Shown piece by piece: positions 48,701 through 55,469 of a stretch of 64,000 nucleotides of DNA. Position 1 is the stretch's first letter; each line of letters begins with the position of its first letter. The notes under the pieces are model-generated. The model was not told the DNA's origin. It searched no databases and worked only from the letters and a program-made list of their open reading frames with translations. The translations under genes were made by a program, and so were the position numbers. The DNA is from Acetofilamentum sp. (lineage in GTDB: Bacteria > Bacteroidota > Bacteroidia > Bacteroidales > JAADGE01). The DNA lies in contig DYOF01000001.1 of assembly GCA_020720665.1 (NCBI GenBank), positions 25,950-89,949 on the forward strand, written 5' to 3'.

Positions 48701-49020
48701 CAAAAAATCAAGAGATATTATTTTCTGAAAAAGTTATTGAAACTAAAATATACAAACAATTACTCGAAGATATTCAAAACGGTAAGCACGTATCAGGAAC
48801 ATTTAATTTTATAGGAAAAAACAAAAACAAAATATTTATTCAAGGAACCTTTACAATTATTAAAGACTCATCAAATAATATAAATAAAATTATTCTGATG
48901 GGATTTGACACAACGGATTTAGTTATGAGAACAGAAGAATTAAAAGCAAGAGAAACTGAAATGTTTTTTAAATTACAAGAGTTAGAAATTTTACAAGAAA
49001 AATTAAAAAATAAAAAATAA
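45712..49020 (+). CDS. membrane sensor protein: TM - periplasmic helical domain - TM - HAMP - GAF - coiled coils - three PAS modules, no recognisable output domain
   Basis: 1102 aa. TM1 [21 protein letters not shown]2 [17 protein letters not shown]. GAF core [23 protein letters not shown]...[32 protein letters not shown]...[10 protein letters not shown]. Coiled coil [18 protein letters not shown]. Three PAS-like modules. I see no HisKA H-box, HATPase N/G boxes, GGDEF, EAL or MA domain. Confidence 0.8.
   Translation: [1102 protein letters not shown]
48091..49017 (+). repeat. intragenic tandem duplication of a PAS + coiled-coil module (period 492 bp)
   Basis: Anchor cgattagaaggaataaaccaaactaacatt (48091) matches cgtttagaaggaatcaaccaaacaaacatt (48583). 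The peptides [11 protein letters not shown]..., GKH..GTFNF....[14 protein letters not shown] and TEEL.ARETE.FF recur in register. Confidence 0.8.
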
Positions 49021-49043
49021 AGTTAACGAACTGATTTTTTGCC

Positions 49044-49086
49044 ATATAGAAAAGCTTCAATTAAAACAATTGAAGCTTTTCTATAT
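49044..49086 (+). terminator. strong hairpin (19-bp perfect stem) downstream of the sensor gene
   Basis: ATATAGAAAAGCTTCAATT (49044-49062), loop aaaac, then AATTGAAGCTTTTCTATAT (49068-49086). It starts 24 nt after the stop codon. Confidence 0.6.
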
Positions 49087-49098
49087 TATAAATAGGGT

Positions 49099-49141
49099 AA
49101 ACGAATAATAAAATATCATAGATATGAAACGAATAATAAAA
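49099..49141 (+). repeat. 15-bp direct repeat AAACGAATAATAAAA x2 in the promoter region of the 49159 gene
   Basis: Copies lie at 49099-49113 and 49127-49141 (28-bp spacing). ATATCAT also recurs after each copy. Confidence 0.5.
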
Positions 49142-49158
49142 ATTAAAACTTAAATATC

Positions 49159-50454
49159 ATGGAAACAAGAAACAAATTAAAAAAACTGTGCTTAGTAGCT
49201 TTAATTTTAATAACAACCCTAAATTACAGTCTTGCCGGCTCATTAATAAGCGGTTTAAATGTCATAAATTCTGATGATTACATCGTTATTGAAGGAAAAG
49301 TTATCGATTCAAAAACACAAAAACCGATTATTTTTGCAACAGTATCTGCAGTCGGAACAAACATCGGAACAATAACAAATACCGAAGGAATGTTCTCAAT
49401 AAATATTGAAAAAAATTTAAACGTAAAACAGCTTAGTTTTAGTTATATAGGGTATGTAAAACAGCTCGTTAACATTTCCGATTTGCCTAAAACTGATTTA
49501 ATAGTTAAATTAGAATCGTATGCTGTTCCTATTGAAGAAGTCATTGTTCATCCGAACAACCCTCGAGAACTGATTATTGAGATTTTAAGAAAAATTCCGG
49601 AAAATTACAGTAACACACCAAATAAAATGATGGCATTTTACAGAGAAACCATTTCAAAGAAAAGAAAATATGTTTCAATATCAGAAGCTGTTGTTGAAAT
49701 ATATAAAGCCCCTTACAATCAGAACATTAGTGAAGATTTAGTTAAACTCTATAAAGGCAGAAAAAGTGCCGATGTTAAAACTCAAGATACAGTAATAATG
49801 AAATTAAAAGGCGGACCGAGTACAGCTCTGTTATTAGATATTGCAAAAAACCCCGATTTGATTTTTTCAAAAGAAAATATTGATGATTATAAATTTGAAA
49901 TTACTGAAATTACCGGTATAAATAATAAACAAAATTATGTGATAAATTTTACGCAAATTAAAAACAATGACTATCCGCTGTTCAACGGCAAATTGTATGT
50001 AGAAATTAATTCACTTGCAATTACAGCGGCAGAGTTTAGCCTTAATCTGGATAATGAAAGAGCCGCAGCCGCCTTATTTATAAAAAAGAAGCCATTATTA
50101 ATGTCAATTGTTCCGACTTCTACAACATACTTTGTTAAATATAAAGAAGATAACGGCAAATATTACTTCTCACATGCAAGAGGCGAAGTCAGTTTTAAAT
50201 GCAATTGGAAAGCGAAAGTTTTTAATTCAAAATACACTGTAATGACTGAAATTGCAATTACGGATAAATCGGATAAAGATGCGGTTAAATTTAACAAGAA
50301 TGAACAATTAAGAGCCGGAATAATTTTCGAAGACAAAGTAAGACCCTACCAAGATGAAGACTTCTGGGGTAAATACAACACAATTAAACCTGAAGAATCT
50401 ATCGAAAATGCCATTAAAAAATACGGTGTTATTTTAAAAATTCAAACCAATTAG
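49159..50454 (+). CDS. secreted CarboxypepD_reg-like domain protein with unassigned ~300-aa C-terminal domain
   Basis: Signal peptide. CarboxypepD_reg pattern IEGKVIDSKTQKPIIFATVSAVGTNIGTITNTEGMFSI. The C-terminal region is paralogous to that of 52038-53549. Confidence 0.65.
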   Translation: METRNKLKKLCLVALILITTLNYSLAGSLISGLNVINSDDYIVIEGKVIDSKTQKPIIFATVSAVGTNIGTITNTEGMFSINIEKNLNVKQLSFSYIGYVKQLVNISDLPKTDLIVKLESYAVPIEEVIVHPNNPRELIIEILRKIPENYSNTPNKMMAFYRETISKKRKYVSISEAVVEIYKAPYNQNISEDLVKLYKGRKSADVKTQDTVIMKLKGGPSTALLLDIAKNPDLIFSKENIDDYKFEITEITGINNKQNYVINFTQIKNNDYPLFNGKLYVEINSLAITAAEFSLNLDNERAAAALFIKKKPLLMSIVPTSTTYFVKYKEDNGKYYFSHARGEVSFKCNWKAKVFNSKYTVMTEIAITDKSDKDAVKFNKNEQLRAGIIFEDKVRPYQDEDFWGKYNTIKPEESIENAIKKYGVILKIQTN

Positions 50455-50472
50455 TTCTCATAGTCAGCCAAG

Positions 50473-50508
50473 ACCGGTATTTGCCAAATTAAAATACCGG
50501 TTCTTTTT
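50473..50508 (+). terminator. rho-independent terminator
   Basis: ACCGGTAT (50473-50480) pairs with ATACCGGT (50494-50501), followed by TCTTTTT. Confidence 0.65.
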
Positions 50509-50513
50509 AAAAA

Positions 50514-51077
50514 TTGTCTTATATTTATATACCGAATTTTAATTCGTTCAAATTGGAAAATACGAGTATAAATAATTTAAACATAAAAAATTTCGAGTTC
50601 ATTTTTAAAAAACATTATAAAGAGCTGTGTTATTTTGCATTAAAATTTACTAAAAATGAAGAAGAAGCTGAAGAAGTCGTTCAAGATGTATTTTATAAAA
50701 TTTGGGAAAAACGCAAATTCATAAACATTAAAATTTCTGTAAAATCATACTTATACATGTCTGTCAGAAATAAATGCATACAGAACATTAATCACAATAA
50801 ATTAATTAAATTATACGAAAGTCAAATTCAAGAAAACGAAAATAATGAATGCGAATTACCCGATGATTTTATAATTTACAATGAAAGCATTAAAATTTTT
50901 AATGAAGCGTTAAACACACTCCCTGAAAATTGTGTAGAAATATTTAAAATGAGCCGATTTGAAGGATTAAAATACAAAGAAATAGCTGAACGCTTAGCAA
51001 TTTCAATAAAAACAGTTGAAGCAAATATTAGTAAAGCATTAAAAACATTCAGAATTTATTTTCCTGAATATACATAA
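50514..51077 (+). CDS. ECF-type RNA polymerase sigma-70 family factor
   Basis: Region 2 EEAEEVVQDVFYKIWEKR and region 4 HTH LKYKEIAERLAISIKTVEANISKAL. There is no in-frame ATG near the 5' end. The track start is TTG 50514 and an alternative TTG is at 50553, so the start is uncertain. Confidence 0.85.
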   Translation: MSYIYIPNFNSFKLENTSINNLNIKNFEFIFKKHYKELCYFALKFTKNEEEAEEVVQDVFYKIWEKRKFINIKISVKSYLYMSVRNKCIQNINHNKLIKLYESQIQENENNECELPDDFIIYNESIKIFNEALNTLPENCVEIFKMSRFEGLKYKEIAERLAISIKTVEANISKALKTFRIYFPEYT

Positions 51078-51086
51078 TCTAAAGCC

Positions 51087-52022
51087 ATGTTAAACAAAGA
51101 ATACGATATACTGAATAAATTCATCAACGGTACACTTGATGACAAAACCCGAATAATAACTTCAGAAATGATTAATAAAAATTATCAAAATTCTGACATT
51201 GAAACTAATTCTGATGAAACTAAGTTCAATCCGGAAAATGCATGGATGAAACTTCAAAACAAAATTGATAAAGAATCTAATTCCGGATTCACCACATTCA
51301 AATCGGTTTCAAAAATAAGAATTGCAGCAAGTATTATAATTGTTATCGGAATAATGCTCACCGGAATTCTATTGCTGAATCCCTTCGCAACTGTAAAATA
51401 TGCTCAAATAAAAACAGGAAATGAAATTAAAGAACTTAAACTCTCAGACGGTTCTGTTATAACATTAAACAGAAACTCCGTACTTAAATATCCTGAAACA
51501 TTTGCATCTGAAAAAAGAGAAATTGAATTCAGCGGAGAAGCATATTTTGAAATTGCAAAAAACCCTCAAAAACCGTTTATAATAAAAACTAACGATGCAG
51601 AAATTAAAGTTTTAGGAACTTCTTTCAATGTACGCTCAGAACAGAAAAATGAAGTAATAGTAAATGTTAACTCGGGGAAAGTACAACTTGTTAACAAAAA
51701 TAATGAAAGCCTTGTTTTAACAAAAAATGAAACCGGAAAAATTGAAAACAACACCCTAACAAAAAATATAAATTCAGATTTGAATTATTCGGCATGGAAA
51801 ACGAAACATTTTATTTATGAAAATGTAAAATTAAATACGGTTATTAATGATTTAAATAGGGTTTATCAAACAAATATTGTTTTTAAAAATCTTGATATCG
51901 GTGAAATAAAAATAACAACTGAATTTGTTAATAAACCTATTGATTCAGTTATTGAAATTATATGCGTATCTCAAAATTTAAAATACAAACAATCAGAAGA
52001 AACAACAGTTATATATAAATAA
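51087..52022 (+). CDS. FecR-family anti-sigma factor
   Basis: Cytoplasmic N-terminus, single TM (IRIAASIIIVIGIMLTGILLL), FecR domain (LSDGSVITLNRNSVLKYP, GEAYFEIAKN, IKVLGTSFNVRS) and a C-terminal VINDLNRVYQTNIVF-type domain. Confidence 0.85.
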   Translation: MLNKEYDILNKFINGTLDDKTRIITSEMINKNYQNSDIETNSDETKFNPENAWMKLQNKIDKESNSGFTTFKSVSKIRIAASIIIVIGIMLTGILLLNPFATVKYAQIKTGNEIKELKLSDGSVITLNRNSVLKYPETFASEKREIEFSGEAYFEIAKNPQKPFIIKTNDAEIKVLGTSFNVRSEQKNEVIVNVNSGKVQLVNKNNESLVLTKNETGKIENNTLTKNINSDLNYSAWKTKHFIYENVKLNTVINDLNRVYQTNIVFKNLDIGEIKITTEFVNKPIDSVIEIICVSQNLKYKQSEETTVIYK

Positions 52023-52037
52023 CAATACATTTTTAAT

Positions 52038-53549
52038 ATGAAGATTTATATACTTGCAATAATTTTATGCATTATAGGTATTCGCTATAGCAATTCTCAA
52101 TCTTCAGTTTTAGAAAAAAAAATTAATCTTCAATTAAAAAACAATACGGCAAGTGATATTTTTAAAAAAATAACAGAAAAAACAAACTATTACTTTACTT
52201 ACAACTCTGAAATTATTAATCAAAATAAATATTTGACTTATAATTTTAAAAATGTTTCAATTAAAGAAATTTTAGACATTTCTTTATCTGACACGTCATT
52301 AATTTATAAAGTAGTTGATAATCATATTGTGATATGCAAAAACAGAAAACAATTCAAACCCGCTGATTATCAAGAAACTAAAATTAAAATCAACGGAAAA
52401 ATTTCAGAAGCCGATACAAAAAAAAACCTTCCTTTTGTTTCTGTCGGCATTTTAAATTCAACCATCGGAACGGTTACAAATGAATCAGGCAATTTTACAC
52501 TCCAAATAGACTCTGTTTATATCGATTCAACCCTATATGTAATTCATTTAGGATATAAATCTGTAAAAATACCGGTTAGGGAAGCTTCTGAGAAAGAGAT
52601 TAATAACATTATTCTCCAAGCAGAATATTTACCTATACAAGAAGTAATAATTCGAATAAATGACCCTATTTTTTTGTTAAAAAAAGCACTTGAACATACA
52701 CAAAATAATTATTTTCAAAAACCGACTGTTTTGTCTGCATTTTATAGAGAAGGGGTTTATAAAAAAGAAACAATTCTTAATTTTTCGGAGGCTTTAATTA
52801 CAATTTATAAATCACCCTATAAATCATCCTTAATTACTGATAAAATTAAAATCGAAAAATCAAGAAAAATCAGAAATGTAGAGAAATCTGACTCCCTTAT
52901 TATTAAATTAAAAGACGGTTTATACTCCGGTTTGGAATTGGATATTATTAAAAACCCCGTTGATTTTCTCAATTCAGAAAATTTACAATATTATAAATAT
53001 CACTTAACCGATTTGACTGTTTATGACGGCAAATTGGTTTATGCTATTGATTTTGAGCAAATTGGAGGTTTGGAGGATGCACTTTTCAAAGGGCGTTTCT
53101 ATATTGAAACAGAAACATTTGCCATAATAGCTGCTGAATTTGAACTTAATTTAAAAGAGGGAAATAAGCGACCCGAATTTGTAGTTAAAAAAAATAAAAA
53201 ATATTCTGTAGAACCTATTTCGGCAAAATATTCGATAAACTATCGACCCGTAAACAAAAAATATATTTTAAATCATGTAAGAGCAGATTTAGAAATGAAA
53301 ATAAAACGTAAAAAAGAATTATTTCCTACAAAATACAGAACATTTTTTGAAACCGTTATATTTGATATCGACACCATCCGTACAGAAAAATTTGAATCCG
53401 AAGAAGTTGTAAAAAAAAATCTGGTTTTTGTTGATTATCAGTATATTTATGACTCAGAATTTTGGGGAAACGAAAATTTCATAAAACCTGACGAATCATT
53501 AAAAGAAGCATTAAAGCGACTCAAAGTAAAACTTATTTTATCTGAATAA
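52038..53549 (+). CDS. secreted STN-like + CarboxypepD_reg-like protein lacking TonB-dependent plug/barrel; C-terminus paralogous to 49159-50454
   Basis: Signal peptide. STN-like N-terminal extension (INLQLKNNTASDIFKKITEKTNYYFTYNSEII...FKNVSIKEILDISLSDTSLIYKVVDNHIVI). CarboxypepD_reg (INGKISEADTKKNLPFVSVGILNSTIGTVTNESGNFTL). Then ~300 aa sharing FYRE, IYK.PY, KLK.G, AI.AAEF.LNL and FWG....IKP.ES motifs with the upstream paralog. Confidence 0.65.
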   Translation: MKIYILAIILCIIGIRYSNSQSSVLEKKINLQLKNNTASDIFKKITEKTNYYFTYNSEIINQNKYLTYNFKNVSIKEILDISLSDTSLIYKVVDNHIVICKNRKQFKPADYQETKIKINGKISEADTKKNLPFVSVGILNSTIGTVTNESGNFTLQIDSVYIDSTLYVIHLGYKSVKIPVREASEKEINNIILQAEYLPIQEVIIRINDPIFLLKKALEHTQNNYFQKPTVLSAFYREGVYKKETILNFSEALITIYKSPYKSSLITDKIKIEKSRKIRNVEKSDSLIIKLKDGLYSGLELDIIKNPVDFLNSENLQYYKYHLTDLTVYDGKLVYAIDFEQIGGLEDALFKGRFYIETETFAIIAAEFELNLKEGNKRPEFVVKKNKKYSVEPISAKYSINYRPVNKKYILNHVRADLEMKIKRKKELFPTKYRTFFETVIFDIDTIRTEKFESEEVVKKNLVFVDYQYIYDSEFWGNENFIKPDESLKEALKRLKVKLILSE

Positions 53550-53554
53550 AAAAA

Positions 53555-53574
53555 GCTGCCCTTTTCGGACAGCC
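53555..53574. terminator. hairpin terminator between convergent genes
   Basis: GCTGCC / GGaCAGC stem with one bulge, preceded by an A-run. The T-rich tail is weak. Confidence 0.45.
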
Positions 53575-53595
53575 TTGTTTATTAAAATTTTAATA

Positions 53596-54231
53596 TTACT
53601 GTTTAGAATAGGTCATTGTTCCGGTTTTAGAATAGCTATCATCACCGTGAGTTTGAGTATAATCAAATGATGAGATAATTTCGTCATTAGCCAATCGGTT
53701 TAATAAAATTATCGTAACAAATGTGTTTGTTTTACCTGACATTGAATATTCATATGTGTCGCCGTCCGGCTCAACTCTTTTATAATTTTCTGTCAAAAAT
53801 TCAACACGTTCTTTGTTTTTTACATCTAAATTATCGTTTCCTTCTAAAAAATACCAAACGCCTTCGGTTGTTTCGGTTGATATACCGGTTTTCCATTCTA
53901 ATGAGCCGCTGTCAAAATATTCAGTCGCTTGATCAATAACCATTTTAAATGTTCCGTCTTTTTCAATAGTTAAAAGCTCTGAATAGTCAATAGTTTCACC
54001 TTCTCCGTCAACTGTTACGGTCAATTTAGTTCCGTCATAAGCATAATTTTCAGTTTCTGTAGTTCCGTCATCAATGTCAACAGTTTTATAATCGGCAGAA
54101 GTTAAATTCCAAACACCGGTAATTCTTGCTTTTCTTGTCAGCAAAGAAAATGGGTCATTTTCCCCTTTTTTACATCCTGCTGATGCAAAAATTAACATTG
54201 TAATCAAAGTTAAACCTAATAGTTTTTTCAT
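53596..54231 (-). CDS. lipoprotein, unknown function (lipocalin-like size)
   Basis: Lipobox IFASAGC after a signal peptide. 211 aa and beta-rich. Confidence 0.5.
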   Translation of the reverse strand: MKKLLGLTLITMLIFASAGCKKGENDPFSLLTRKARITGVWNLTSADYKTVDIDDGTTETENYAYDGTKLTVTVDGEGETIDYSELLTIEKDGTFKMVIDQATEYFDSGSLEWKTGISTETTEGVWYFLEGNDNLDVKNKERVEFLTENYKRVEPDGDTYEYSMSGKTNTFVTIILLNRLANDEIISSFDYTQTHGDDSYSKTGTMTYSKQ

Positions 54232-54404
54232 AATATAATTTATTGTTAATAATCGGCAAAGTTAAAATTACAATCTTAAAATAACAATTTTTTATTCCGA
54301 AAAGTTGCCCTGCGAGTTATTTGTAAAATTTTGCAAATTTAATCCTTATTATCAGCAAATTAAGATTCTTACGGGCGACCGACAGAACAAAACCGCTCTG
54401 AAAC

Positions 54405-55112
54405 TTAAGTTATGTTTTTATGGCTTAACAGTTTTCGTTTCCATTCAATAGAACCATAAACAGCCAAAACCAAAAATATTGCATATTGTATTCCCGTAAA
54501 ACCATATCCTTTAATGAAATACAAAGGTATCGACACAATATTTCCGGCAATCCAAAAAACCCAACTTTCAAGTTTTTTATTTGCCATTAACCACATCGCT
54601 GCAAAAAAAACTCCGGTTGTAAACGTATCCAAAAATGGTGTTATATCTCTGAAATCTGCTAAGTTTCCCGAACTCAGTTTCAAAAAAACATAATTAATAC
54701 TTTCAGCAAATCCTAATTGCTTAGGCATCACATCATAATATCGATACACAACGATAACAAATATTGAAGTAAAAACAAAAATTCCGGTAGTTTTAATCCT
54801 GTCTCTGTTGTCGGTTCGGCTGATTGGTATATGCTTATTTTTGTCATCAATAACTTTGCTCCACATAAACCAACCGTATAAACTCATTAAAGTGTAATAG
54901 ACATTTATAATTAAATCACCGTATAAACTCCATTGAGACAGTAAATATACATATAAAGCTGTACTGATTATTCCGGTAGGATAAACTAAAATATTTTCTT
55001 TTTTGGCATAAAAAACACTTATAACACCAAATAGTGCAGCTATAAATTCTAAAAAAATATTTATACCCGAAGCCTGTTTATAGGGCTCTAAAAAAAAATC
55101 TATTAAAGTCAT
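54405..55112 (-). CDS. pnuC: PnuC-family vitamin transporter (nicotinamide riboside or thiamine type)
   Basis: 235 aa with ~7 TM segments and PnuC-like Trp-rich blocks (LYGWFMW, ESWVFWIAGNIVSIPLY). Confidence 0.8.
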   Translation of the reverse strand: MTLIDFFLEPYKQASGINIFLEFIAALFGVISVFYAKKENILVYPTGIISTALYVYLLSQWSLYGDLIINVYYTLMSLYGWFMWSKVIDDKNKHIPISRTDNRDRIKTTGIFVFTSIFVIVVYRYYDVMPKQLGFAESINYVFLKLSSGNLADFRDITPFLDTFTTGVFFAAMWLMANKKLESWVFWIAGNIVSIPLYFIKGYGFTGIQYAIFLVLAVYGSIEWKRKLLSHKNIT

Positions 55113-55118
55113 ACGTTT

Positions 55119-55361
55119 TTATTGTAAATCAGCATTTACGATTTTCAATAAAAAAATTGATGACGGCAATTCAAAACTTTTTTTTATTTCTTTTGTCAGA
55201 ATCGACATTACATCATTATATTCTCCGAAAATTTGAGTGCTCATACCGTTTCGAGAAATTTCCAAGTTCGGATAATTTTGAATCCGTTCGATAAAATCTA
55301 AAACTGCTGCCTTAAATTCATCTTTTAGAGGATAATAGCTGATTTCAACAGAAATATTCAT
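55119..55361 (-). CDS. MTH1187/YkoF-like small ligand-binding protein (thiamine-binding family)
   Basis: 80 aa. ISVEISYYPLKDEFKAAVLDFIERI...GMSTQIFGEYNDVMSIL matches the ferredoxin-like pattern of this family as I recall it. It lies 6 bp upstream of pnuC. Confidence 0.5.
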   Translation of the reverse strand: MNISVEISYYPLKDEFKAAVLDFIERIQNYPNLEISRNGMSTQIFGEYNDVMSILTKEIKKSFELPSSIFLLKIVNADLQ

Positions 55362-55469
55362 AAAATTGATTTTAAAAATTCAAACCTAAATGATTTTTAC
55401 AATTATAACAAAACAAAATATGTAATTATTAAAAAATATCTACTTTTATATTTCTTTATAAATTACAAA

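Noticed and set aside
49124-49153. Mini-ORF ATGAAACGAATAATAAAAATTAAAACTTAA (MKRIIKIKT*) as a leader peptide
   Set aside because: It has nine codons, no obvious attenuator structure after it, and coincides with the second copy of a direct repeat. It is more parsimonious as a DNA-level repeat.
52038-53549. Reading the STN + CarboxypepD_reg protein as a truncated SusC/TonB-dependent receptor pseudogene
   Set aside because: The region after CarboxypepD_reg is not plug-like. It aligns motif-for-motif over ~300 aa with the intact upstream paralog (49159-50454), the ORF ends cleanly at a hairpin, and a convergent gene follows, so no barrel-coding DNA is present. A profile search is still needed (see findings).
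55362-55469. Possible TPP (or other) riboswitch upstream of the YkoF-like/PnuC pair
   Set aside because: The 108-bp region is almost entirely A/T and lacks the CUGAGA / ACCUGA-type conserved cores or any GC-supported helices.
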